DNA of 64,000 bases from Balanoglossus misakiensis (taxonomy: Eukaryota; Animalia; Hemichordata): positions 4,030,305 to 4,094,304 of the forward strand of contig CM082577.2 of assembly GCA_040954595.2 (NCBI GenBank). The letters are read 5' to 3'. This document shows, one piece after another, positions 28,801 through 40,600 of the stretch. Position numbers and translations under genes: made by a program. Below the pieces are notes generated by a model. That model worked only from the letters and a program-made list of their open reading frames with translations. It was not told where the DNA came from and did not search any database. Numbering within the stretch: position 1 is the first letter of the stretch; each line of letters begins with the position of its first letter.

Positions 28801-29650
28801 CTGAATACTTGGTGAAGAATATTTGTCAAGAGGGTTTTACCCATGCTAAACCATTACATTTTCTTGCCTTCAGCAACATATCAAAACAACCTGGGTTGTT
28901 AGCATGCTTTCAATGATCTAATCAGTTTTGAGTCACAGTATTTGGACAGACAGTCACGTGGTTAAAGCAATGTTTGAACTGAGCTAATCCTATCGATCTG
29001 GTGCATCTTCACGATGCAGCATGACAAATCTTTCTTTTGCTAATTTGGCGCTCCTCCTCCTTTTGCGAAAATGTTCAACTTTGATATGAGACTCTTTTGA
29101 AGGACTTGAAGACTGTATAATTTAAGCAACCCATTGCTCATTTGTTTGTTAACATGTATGAGAAGTAAATGACACAGCTTATGCTATTGTATGATAATGA
29201 CTTCCCTCAAGGTTACTTACTGTCATTCACCTGACAAACACATTCTCACATTCTTAGTTGTGTAATTCTCGACAGATTGTTTAAAAATATTATCCTGTTT
29301 AGCAATGTTCTATGATAATGGATTATTGGTAAGTGATAATAATTTGTGTATAAATTTGTGTACGAGACAATGAATTTCCTGTCAATTTCCATTAGCATCA
29401 TGGAATTATTACAGTGTACCTGAAATATTCCAGAGACAATTACAAAACTATCAACCAACCCCTCTTTCCCTCCAAGGGGACTATTCGAGAGCAGGACAAA
29501 TTAAAATGACACTTACTCCACTGGAAACCAGTCCCTGCACAGTCTTTTCACTTCAGCTAGATCATCAGAACACAGAAAACGAAGGTGGACACTAAGGTTA
29601 CTTCGCAGGTCAGCGATACTAGCACTACCAGTTTTTGAAATGCATTTCAT
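16898..29650 (-). CDS. NAA60: N-alpha-acetyltransferase 60 (NatF), GNAT family
   Basis: Exons 29650-29517, 20807-20678, 19170-19074, 18235-18001, 17147-16898 join in frame: LRFLCSDDLAEVKRLCRDWFPVEYPESWYEEITSNAKFFSLAA...RIHKEDADIL...QVAYILSLGVVERYRRQGIASLLL...KAIYLHVL...HNYLPYYYSI...YINGGQPPWSLVDYIKH. Last intron is AT-AC. Confidence 0.95.
17148..18000 (-). other. U12-type AT-AC intron of NAA60
   Basis: Donor ATATCCTTT (18000-17992), branch site TTCCTTAAC (17166-17158), 3' end ...CTCAC; splicing restores PPWSLV-DYIKH. Confidence 0.93.
17187..17279 (+). mobile_element. ~93-bp TTAA-flanked MITE (piggyBac-like ends), copy 1
   Basis: ttaaccctttcacc...ggtgaaagggtcaa terminal inverted repeats; same internal sequence as the other copies in the window. 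Confidence 0.8.
25097..25189 (+). mobile_element. ~93-bp TTAA-flanked MITE, copy 2
   Basis: ttaaccctttcaccgccatggttcagtccaaaccc...gaactgggggtgaaagggtcaa. Confidence 0.8.
25415..25727. mobile_element. ~313-bp non-autonomous element with TTAACCCT termini (second family)
   Basis: Left end ttaaccctaatgctac, right end gtagcggaagggttaa (imperfect TIR); internal repeat acacacttggcag occurs twice. Confidence 0.55.
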
Positions 29651-30352
29651 TGTGCTATGCGTTACACACAGGCCAGACGACCAACTCACAACATGACGAT
29701 ATCATTTGTTGGAGTATAAGAATGCCAACAGTATTAAATAAAAGTCTTCGCCCTCCAGAACGTGCCGACGCGACTTCTGCAGATAGCAGTTCACGTTAGA
29801 ATCGTCGAAACTCGCAACAGTGCGCTCACATTGTTATCTATCTTCAACTCCCACTAAATCGTGTTTACCAAAACGACGATGTTCGACCTTTCGTGAGCCT
29901 TTCACATTCTCCCCAACTGTTTCTGGTTTGGGGCAAATATTCCCAAATTTCCACCTCGTACGATCCTTCAATGAGTCCACATTATCCTTGTTGTCCTTTT
30001 TGCAGTAATTTGATCTTCCGGTGGCAAAAAAATCCTTTCAATGCGTTAATTTCGTCGTAGAAATTTTCACTAGAGGACAATCACCAAAATAGTAGCATCG
30101 AGTCCACGCAGAATCAATGACCTTTACCACCGAGGCCTCGCAACTTGTATAACAAATTTTGGACCTAAAATCTTGGTATTTCAAAAGAACGCGAAACATC
30201 AAAACAACTTAATTAAATAGATAGAAAAACAACAAAATAATTGGCACATTAACTTGTTGTGTGATTTTTGCGTACTAACTGTAATACTGAGTACCACACT
30301 GTGTTCTTATTTGTTTTCGATGAGTTAAGGTACCTGGAAAGAGAAAACCAAG
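29651..30352. promoter_or_regulatory. Probable bidirectional promoter and 5' UTRs of NAA60 and RRP7A
   Basis: Head-to-head start codons about 700 bp apart; locally CpG-richer; YY1-like CAAGATGGCTGC overlaps the RRP7A ATG. Confidence 0.6.
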
Positions 30353-32511
30353 ATGGCTGCGCCCATGCCTGCAATTTGTGGATTTCGAGGTTTGTGTCTG
30401 GGTTTTTTTGGCGCTTACCTTCCCCTTTGAGTTTATTTGTTGATATTCAAGAGAATGTTTAGATTGATATTTAGTGAACTCTTGTGGTATAACTCATGAT
30501 CTGGTCTAAAATTCAATGAAACTTGTAGGAGAGCATGTACATGCGCTCCGATCGTACATGTACACCTTCGATTTGCTAGATTCGGGTAACCTACCTGGTA
30601 ACACGTCTTTTCAAATCGTATTGCGATATTAACTTTTGTTCTATATTTTAGTTCTATTGTAACAATAGACATAATGTATTTGCAATTTGTGATAAACACC
30701 GCAACGTGCACCGTGGACAGACCATAACATATGCCAATTAAATGCGGTGGGATCGAAGTTGAACAGCGCCCCCATGAGTTATGTCTGAATATTTCTGACA
30801 AAATGTTCTCCACGTTTTTACATTCAAATTTCATAGTAATGCCAGTCAAGTTCAGTGCAAAGAGTGATGTCGTTCGGTATTTTTATTACAAAGAGCACAG
30901 TGTGAGACAACAAGACAAGACCAAGCCAGCAGAAAAGACGCTGTTTGTTGTCAACATTCCGCCATATTGTAATGAGGTATGGCCCATCACATATGACATT
31001 GGAGATTCTCAACTATTCGATTCATGGCTAAACTCTTTCAGTAGATGATCATATTTTATGCAACATTCACTCAGTGATCAGCCCATCATTGACCATTGAT
31101 ATGCAGCAATTTGATTTGTTGATAGTATGAAACAATGGTTAATTTCTATGTATTATAGGAATGCCTGGAACGGCTGTTTTCAAGATGTGGCAAAGTTGAC
31201 AATGTCCAATTTCAGCAAAGGGCTGGACACACACAAGAAACATTTAAAAGTTTCACAGAGAAAAATATCATAAAGGTAAAGTTTTGTTACTTGTTAAACA
31301 TTTGCTACAGTTGTGTGACTTGTTGCATATCAAACTTAACGGATATCCAGACAAAGCACTCTTCCCACAGAAGCTTTTATAATGTTGACGTTCTACATGT
31401 ACTTTCAGGGCTACAAGGTTGCTTATGTTGTATTCCGAAATGAAACAGCATTACAGAGAGCCAAAGCTATGAAATATGAAGAACCCACATTATTATCAAC
31501 AAATCAAAATCCGTTGCTAACTGGTATGAAAAGTAAGTATAGAGCTGTTTTAAATACACTGCAAACCCTGAACAAAAATTGTAGTTTACTTTTAAATTAA
31601 TGCACTGCTGTTATTTTTTCGGGTACAGTCAATCCAAGAATATCGAAACCTGTTCTCATCATTTTTTATTTGCTCCCTCACATTTCACAGAGTGGTGCAA
31701 AGATTATTTTGACAGTCGACCGGACGTGAAGGAAATGCAAAAAGAAATTGATGAGTATATGGCAGACTTTGACAGGCGGAAACTTGAGGTTGGTTTAGTG
31801 TACCTTGAGAGCACTGCAGAGTTCATTTCTGTCCCGTTGGTGGAGTCTTCTATTGTATTTTATGGGGGAATTATCAAGTGCCATTGCCTCAGATTCATGG
31901 ACAGAAAACCCTTTTAACCCTTTCACCACAATGGTTCAGTCCAATCGCATTGTTTTCTATTCATTCTCTTAGTACAAAAGTGACATTGAAATTTCCCTTA
32001 CAAGAGTAATTTGAAACATTTTGTAATACTGTCTCTCCAGGAGGAAGACCAAGAGGCAGAAGAGGAAGGAGTTCCGGATGAGGACGGCTGGGTGACGGTC
32101 ACCAGGAAGGGAAGAAATCCGGGAGTTGCAAGGACGGAAGTCAACCAAAAGAAGGCACTGGCCAAAGAAAAAGAGAAGAAGCAGAAACAAGAACTTCTAA
32201 ATTTCTACAGATTCCAGTACAGGGAATCAAGGAGAGAACGTAAGCCATTTCTCATCGTTGAATCAAGGGCCATTCCAGGAATATCTAAGGGGATTTCTGA
32301 AACTCGGAATGTATGCATATATGATTGCTTTCCATGGGAAGTGTGTTAGCCAACAAGGTAGCAAGCACTGGCTTACTCTTCCATCATGTTATAAATAATG
32401 GAATTTTTTAATTATTTTTTTACAGATATCGCTCAGTTGAGGAAGAAGTTTGAAGAGGACAAACAGAAAATAGCAACAATGAAATCAGCAAGGAAATTTA
32501 AACCATATTAA
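30353..32511 (+). CDS. RRP7A: Ribosomal RNA-processing protein 7 homolog A
   Basis: Exons 30353-30389, 30837-30976, 31159-31275, 31409-31532, 31691-31788, 32041-32239, 32426-32511 join in frame: KEHSVR, TLFVVNIPPYC, GYKVAYVVF, GVPDEDGWVTVTRKGR, LLNFYRFQ, LRKKFEEDKQKI, C-terminal RKFKPY*; AATAAA at 32544. Confidence 0.95.
31914..31960 (+). mobile_element. Truncated copy of the ~93-bp MITE
   Basis: ttaaccctttcaccacaatggttcagtccaatcgcattgttttctat (left half only). Confidence 0.65.
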
Positions 32512-33150
32512 TTTTTTTGTATTTAAATTACATGTCAAGACAAAATAAAAAACTTCATTTTTAGCTATAACCCCTGTCTGTTTCTATGTGTGGGAGTATT
32601 TTCTTACAAAATGAATGTCCAAAATATTTCAGTTTAATCGGCAGTTTTAAAATACAGCACATTCGCATGAACCTGTACATGTCATTGCCCAGTGATATCG
32701 TAGAAACCCCCCCCCCCCCCCCAAAAAAGGCCAACAATCTGGCAGTTGAGTGTCATGAAACATGTCGGAAAGTATTCGGCATGGGCAAAGACAATACTTC
32801 ATTTCATTTTTATCTTGCGATAAAAAATCTTAGATTGAGAAAATAGCTGTTTTCATGTATGATAGGTTCTGCAGATAGGTGTTGTATGAAAGAACTGTCC
32901 TAATGGTTTGGGATGACCTCAGTTCCTCAAGCTAGTCACCTGGCATTCCCATGGGCTGCTGGTAGCACAGTATTCCAGTGTCATTCCATGGCTTGCTGGC
33001 ATGGACATCTCCGGATTATTGAGTGTCAGATACTGACCTTTTGGATGTATGGATATTCCATTATCACTTTGGCCGCTGGCAATACTGCATCCCATTGTTC
33101 AATGTCATTACAGTATCACTCCATATGGAGTGCCGGAATCATGGAGCATC

Positions 33151-35723
33151 TCAGTATTCCATTGGCATTCCATGAGCTCCCGGCATCATGGCAGTACTGC
33201 TGTCTCCATACCCACCTACTTGACTGGCTTCTGTGTGGCTCAACACTATCTGAAGTAGCCTGTGTATGGATCACAAAAAGAAAGTCATGTAACATCAGCT
33301 GCCCTGCTATTCTGACAACTGCAAAAACAGGCTGTTAATTAACCCTGTCACCGCCTTGGTTAATTAAAAATTTATAATTCAAAGCCACCATTTTTTTTAT
33401 AAAACTGTGATCACCACAGTATCACTGAACTTACCTGGTTTGTGGCAGACCAATACAGACATCTTTGAGGTCATCTGTGAAACAGTAAATGATGTTTAAA
33501 TAACTTTTAACAACCAATCAGATGCATGGTGGCTTTACATGATTATACAAAATAACTGCTTTGTCTGATGTTTGGAACAGAATAAATCAAGTTTTTTTTT
33601 TATCCCCATACCTTTTGTACACAACAAACTTCGTGTAGACAATGCCACCTGCACTGTCTGCGCAAATCTGTCGACCGAGGTATCCACGATGCTAGGGTGA
33701 ATGTCCTTGTTTAGTTTCTTGATGCTGCCACACGTGTCTCTGACGTCTTGAAGACTCACGAGTCCGCTCCTCAAGACAGACGGGTCGACCCTGCGCTCTT
33801 GCTGAGCGCTGCTGTAAGCAATCATCGTCTCTAGCACACTGAGGTGGAGCTTGGAATACAGCTGGTGGGTCTTTGCGGCGATGTCGGCCTCGTTGGGCGA
33901 CAGCAGAGGGGCCAGCACGCAGCAGTTGACGAGTCCCGGGACCGGGGATGTGTTCTGTTGGGGTTGGTGCTGGTCGTGGAACGTGTGGACAGTGCTTGGA
34001 CACTGGTAGAACAAACTTGACAGGCACAGCAATGGATTTGTCGACACCCACTCTGCGATCATTTCTAGCAGTGAAAGCGGCATTGAAGAAGCCTTGTCTG
34101 AAATTGTAGAAAGCGATTTTACTGGTTTGATCTCTGATGTCTGGTGATGTAGATCTAGGTGACGGACTGTGGTAGATGCAGGGCAGTACACAACAGTTTC
34201 AAGGCAGTTTACCCATGGATACTGGCCCACAATAAGTGCAGAAGTAGGTTGGCATCATAAAGCTCACTATTTACGTAAGATATGATTTCTACTTACTTCT
34301 GCACATATTTGGCTCAAAAAAGTATAAAAGGTATAAATTAAGAGTACGTCAGTTTACCAGTCCCACACACACTGTTTGTGGCAGAAACTGCAACACTGCG
34401 ACTGCAAAGCATGCACACACTTACCAGTTGTGGGTTTGTATAGCTGTGTGATGGCCGCTAACAGTTGACAGGCAAACATCGGTGAGATATTGACAATACT
34501 CTGCAAGGTGCCCAGTGAATCCGGCACCAGCAGACAGTAATCATGTACAATGGCGGATGCAAGATGAGTCACCCAATATCTTGATACCTGAACAGAATGT
34601 CAAGAGAGAAGGTGAGTTATCAAAAGTAGAAGAGGTACTTGATGGTGTTTACCCTTTCACCACAATCTTTCAGTCCAAACCCATTATTTTTTATGGTATG
34701 GTCAGACCTCTAAAGATGGCTTCCTTTGATCACCCTCACTGCCGTTGGTAGCCAACCCTTGCATCCCCTGCTGGTGTCTGGTTCAAGCAATTTTTACAAT
34801 TTTTTCAGACCTGGGTGGTGTCATTACCTGTCTTGTCATAAGTACCGCTGCGCAGTTCAACACCACAGTGCATTTGACAGCCACGGCCAGGGATACAAGT
34901 TTATACAGAACGTTCCTCTTGTACTCTTCGCTCTGTTGTACTGAAGCTGCACTGAACAGGACATCAAATACAGCATTCCTGATGCTGTCATCGGACTGGT
35001 TCTCAAAATATCCACAGAACAACTCTAGAAGGTGTAACTCCTGCTTTGCTGTTAATCTCTGAAATAAGAAATACTATTTTTTTTCAATTCACAGGTGAAA
35101 GTCCCTGTCACAATCTGTGAAACATGAGATGCTATTTCTAATGATGAAATCATGGTGTTATGGTTTTTTTCTGACATATACTTTGGACAGTTTTTGAAAT
35201 CTAAACAGTTTAATAACACGTCATTATACGTACCTTTCTAAAATGATGAAAATTTAGAGTGCAACAGAAAATGAACTCATCAATGATCTTGAGCACATTT
35301 TCGGCGTAAGGCAGTGGCTGCTTCACAGGGATGTAATGTTTGAAGTAAGAACTCAGCATCAGTAGAACATCCTTTGCACTCTGTGGAAATTCTGCTTTTC
35401 CGAGTAATGAACGTGCTTCTGGGAGAGCAGCAAATGCCTTCGGATCACCGAGGCGAACTTCTAGAAAGGGGAATATTGAACAGAGTTTTAAAATGATTTA
35501 ATCACCGCAGTCACAAGCAAGTGAATTGACAACAAAACTTTATGTGAAGATCCTTCAGTACAGACTCAGTCACTCATGTCAATGGATGGGTGATCATCGA
35601 GTTGAACCCTTTGCTGTGTAAGACGATATTGGTACGAATTCCAGCACTAAACCAGAGCGATTGAAATTTACTTCATGAAGTATAAAAACTTCTAAGACAC
35701 TTACTGTCTCCGGTAATATCCAT
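33151..35723 (-). CDS. INTS15: Integrator complex subunit 15 (C7orf26 family)
   Basis: Exons 35723-35705, 35460-35234, 35058-34828, 34587-34425, 34097-33612, 33474-33435, 33259-33151 join in frame: RLTAKQELHLLELFCGYF, KLVSLAVAV, DYCLLVPDSL, LLEMIAEW, LYSKLHLSVL, DRFAQTVQVAL...LLCTKDDLK. The first small exon is less certain. Confidence 0.9.
34648..34718 (+). mobile_element. Degenerate copy of the ~93-bp MITE
   Basis: tttaccctttcaccacaatctttcagtccaaacccattattttttatggtatggtcagacctctaaag. Confidence 0.6.
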
Positions 35724-37649
35724 ATTTATGACCGGAACGATGATCTCGGTCCAAGCAACGAGTTTTACCTTTGACCTCAATTTTCTCAATGCTGACATAG
35801 GTGGCGCTATTCATCATTACATGTAATTGCCAAAAACTGAAACAGGGAAAACACTAAAAGCCATACTATAAGATTTACTGAGTGTTTATTATCTGAAAGA
35901 ATTCCTAAAACTTCACCATGCTACATTTGCTATAACACATTACTCTGTACAATAACAGGATGACTTCACAATGTGTGTCATCAATCTGTCTAAGGAAAAA
36001 ATGAAGTAACATTTCACAAAGCAATATAATTTCCCAAATTTCCATCATTTTGTGCGAATAGGAGCTTTAAAGAAGTCCACTTGCTGCTTAAAATAACAAT
36101 TTAAGTTTGAGGATATACTCTCAAGGTGTGTCATGTTTGTCCACACAGAGAATTTCTTCACTGACACACAAATTATTCTACGTGGCTGAATTAACAAATG
36201 CCCACTTAGTTTTGCATGAAGATTTCTGAACGCTCAGAAATGAAGGAAGAATAACTATTGCCACTGAAAATTATTTTTCCTTCATGATCTATGCACCTAT
36301 TCAGCCACGAGGGGAAATGTGCCCGATTTCAGATGTCAAAATTAAACCAGGGCTGATGTCGGCCCTTACTTGCCTCACAATAAGCACCATATAAATAGAG
36401 TGGCTCTTTACATTACATTGTGAGACCACAAAAAACCACAGACTTTGTATGCAATCATATTACATCATTCATTGGGGAAAAGATGGCTAACCTCATCGAA
36501 TGACAGACACATAATAATCTGAAACAATTTTCGTAGAGCACTAGGAAAGTCTAACACAACAACTACGGTAACAAGAAAAGAACTGACAATTTTTTATCTG
36601 AAGATGTTCACACATACAACACCCATCCAATTATTGATGTACTTTTATTTACCCAAACTCCCATTATATAAAGAGCCATAATTCATTTGATACTTTACAA
36701 AACTTACTGTCGAGAAAGAAAGAATTTGGCATGCAACAGTTACCCAGCCCTCTGTTTGTAACCTCTCCCAATTAACAAAACTTCAAAATTACACTTATTC
36801 TTGTAATTATTGCAAACTTTAATATGCATATTTACATCACAGCTCACTCAAAGGTTAGGCAAAAACCCATCAGTTGCAGGGGTAAAATGACCTTCATTCA
36901 AAGTGATATAACATGCAGTTTGCAGCTGTTCATGATCTACTGTTTTGTGTTCAAAGGTTCCAAACAAATGAAAACAAGAATTCAACATCCTCAGCAGTTG
37001 TCAGATTACTTTAATGGTGACCAATGAATTGTAATCAAATATTTTGAATCGTAGGTGGCCACTTCATGTACTATACTTATGTTCTGCAGTTCTACTTTGC
37101 GAGCTATCCTGCTTCTGAGCTTTCCAAAACTGACACAGAATGCACATGCTTTGATGATTACAGTTAACTGTAGGTTGAAAACAGGATTTGGTAAGTTTTG
37201 TAATCTTGAACTTCGGACAGAGCCAACACATCTCTGAGTTTCCGAGAACTAGTACAGTTCACAACATTTCACAAAAACGTTGCATGAAAATTGATTTCTT
37301 GTAATTAATTAGATTTCATGATAAAAGCTTCCTTTACATATGTACTAACCTGTAAAGCTGAAATGGACTTACCTTCATCCTGTGCTTTTTTGTTTAATTC
37401 TGAAATTTTAATTTGAATATTACACCTGGTATGATGGGCATGTCCAGTCCCATCATCCAATTATTATCGAGTTTAAACTTGTACAATACTATTGTTTTAT
37501 TCAGGGATATGGTTTTTACAAATTCCATGTGTACACGACTCCTTCTGGGGTGAACAAATGAAAACATCACAAAAACTGCACTTCATGACGCAGTGTGTAA
37601 TGTTTTCATTGTTTGAGATGCCTCTTTCATTTTCCAAATTAATTATTCA

Positions 37650-40600
37650 TCATGAAGCAACCATTGGGAAAGTGTTGACTTCTCCTACTTCTGTGACTGG
37701 CTGATCGTTCAATGTGTATGTCATCTTGTATTTCAATCTTACTCTCTCCTGAAATGCAGAACACATTAACGAAAAATTCATCAGTGAGATGCAGTCAAGA
37801 TTGGACAGTTCAGGGTAAGTTACAAGAGTTGACAAATTTGTTCTAGGAGTGTTACCCCCTGGATAATTACCTACTAACTCAAAGATGCACAGTCTGAAGA
37901 CTATCATGTAGCAAATGTACAAAACACACACACATCCCATACTGAGTGCCACAGACTATCTTTATCGTCAGAGCGATCAAAATAATCAATAAAATTTAAA
38001 CAATACCCACCTTATTTGGATTGGCTAGTAACATGACCTGTGTGATGGCAGCTGGTGGTAAAATCGGATTGAATGCTGGCAATTCTGACGCTGATGGCGG
38101 CTGTAGTTTCACTTTCATTACCTGTGGACATCAAATTAAAGGCATTATTAACATCTTGTGGATATAGTTGAACATTTCTCATGGTAACTATTTACAGCAG
38201 CATAGGCAGCCAAGTCAATTTTCCAGACAATCCAGTCAATTTGATTTTTCCAGGAAAAACAGTCACTGAATCTTGTCATTAATGTGAACTCACTTTAGGA
38301 ACTGCAGCCTGGAAGACCACATTTTTGACAGCTGACGTGTTTGAACTCATGGTTGAGATGACAACCACTAAAATATCTGGTCTTGGGGAATTCTTCGCGA
38401 AGTGAAAAATCGATCTGATGTTATTTTTGTCGTACACAGTCAAAGGGGCATGGACACCTACAGTTGAAAGAATAGAACATAAACATGATAAGTTTAAAAT
38501 TATTTGTTTAAAATACCTTGTTTTAGATACCTTATCGACATGGAAAACGCGTTTCAGAAAAATTCCCGACACCCACATTCTCCATGTTTGGATTATCAGA
38601 GGATACTCCAACCAGATGGTCTTGATTAACTGAACACACTCAGTATTGATCCCCATTATAGCTAGCATAGCTCTTTGACATACCTGGTTGAATAGTTTCA
38701 AGTGGCACCACAATGTCCGCTATTGACAAGACTTCCTTCTTGGGTGTGGACGGCCCCGACCCTGGTCCGGGACTCCCCGGGGCTGTCTGTGCTGCGGCTA
38801 CTGCTGCGGGTTGTGGTGTGGCTTGTTGCATGGGTTGTGTCGCAGGCTTTTGCATTGGTTGTGGCGCAGGTGGTTGCTTCGTGGGCTCAATATCAACAAG
38901 TGGACTTGCCTGTGGGGGTTTAACTGCTGGTTGAGATGTCCTAAAAATACATACATTGGGTCAAAAACGTATTGTTTAATTCTAATTATATGTTCTCATA
39001 CACGTAATGAGAAAGTGAAATATTGATGTCAAGTTGATCTAAAATCAATATTTCATAGTGAAAACAGAATTTAGAAATGACCTACCAATACTGAGAAGGA
39101 AAGACATGGACTGGCTTTACTTACTGTTGCTGTTTAGCAATCTGTTCTTTTGCTTGTTGAGTCTGCTTCTGTGCTTTGGATGTTTCTATCATACTCTTGC
39201 CGAGAACGTCCAGGTCATCAAACGGCGACGGCTTGCTTTCTGCGGCCGCTGCTGGTGGTGGCGGTTTTCGTGGCATTGATGACGAAGTGTTGGTCAGTGG
39301 CCGGACGGGCATAGGGCCAAAGCCGTGTGTTGGTCCGCCCACTGCATTGTGTCCCATGGCCATACCCATGGCCCCCATCGGCACTGGCTGACTCATTGCA
39401 TTGCTGCCAAATGCTCCAAAATTTTGTTGCTGTGCAGGGGTGAGGGGGATAAACAGATGACCGTGGATCAATCTATGGAAAACTCTCGACCTCCCACTTT
39501 AAAGATAATGGAAACCATGAATAAACAAGGAAAGCCATGGAATGTGATATCCTGGAAGCTTGAATGCTTCTCATTTTACAGGAAAATGAATTTTCAACAC
39601 TTCTAATTTTGCATACACTACATATTTATGTGACCATTTTAAACATCCCATAAATTTACAGTGCTACATCATTTACTTGTATGAAAATCACGAACTGCCA
39701 CAATCAGATGATTATGCACAGACTTCATAAAAATGTTTGAATCAATATAACACATCTGCTGCTGACGGTCAGGGCACATGGTAAAAAAAATCAGCTGGTG
39801 ACGTGTAACAGATTGATGCAGTGTAGCCAATATAGTGGCATGTGCATTCGCTACATTGTGACGACAATGGGAACCAAGATAATGAAATTGTGTTTGAATT
39901 TAGGGCTAATTTGTTCCAGTTTTTTTCCTAACATCTCTGTCTGAAGGACAGAAGTGAAACAAAAAATTCTTATATTCACATCTTATTATCGCAAAAAAAA
40001 ACTGAACTAAGACTTTACAGACAAAAGAATATAAAATTTTAGTTCATTGATGTGCAGGACATAGGATTGAATTTCCCGATACAATTGTACTGGTATTATA
40101 AAATTGAGACTAAATTGATATTGTGCTGTATGCATGGTGGGTGGGAAAAACGACGATGGGGCAAGAATTGCACATTCAATCCTTTATATTTCCACTGAAA
40201 GATAATTTCTGTACGAATGAAGACCACATGCTTTTTTCTATTTATAGTCCAAAGGTATTAAATGAGGGTCACTATAATAAATACTGTCAAGAGAGAAAAA
40301 GAAGTCGAATATGGAAATAGTAGAGTTGTGTATATTTCAATGATTACCAACCTGTGGTGGAAAATGAGTGAATGGCTGAGCCCCAGGATGATGCGGCTGG
40401 TGATTTGGAAAGCTTTGAGTTGTACTCGCAGTTGTTGGATTTGATGTGGGCTTTTGTTGTTGTTGTTGTTGGTTGTGGAATCCTGGCACCCCCATGCCTG
40501 ACGCCGTTCCCAGAAGATCGCTCAGATCGGAACTGTAACTTTCCTTGGGGTTCTGTGTCCCTGAATCGTTCAAACCTGTTAATTCATTCGACGGACCATG

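Noticed and set aside
20808-29516. Short ORFs in the 8.7-kb first intron of NAA60
   Set aside because: All are short with random composition; no nested gene, snoRNA or tRNA could be supported.
32913-33338. 141-aa plus-strand ORF
   Set aside because: Antisense to the INTS15 last exon and 3' UTR repeats; no coding hallmarks.
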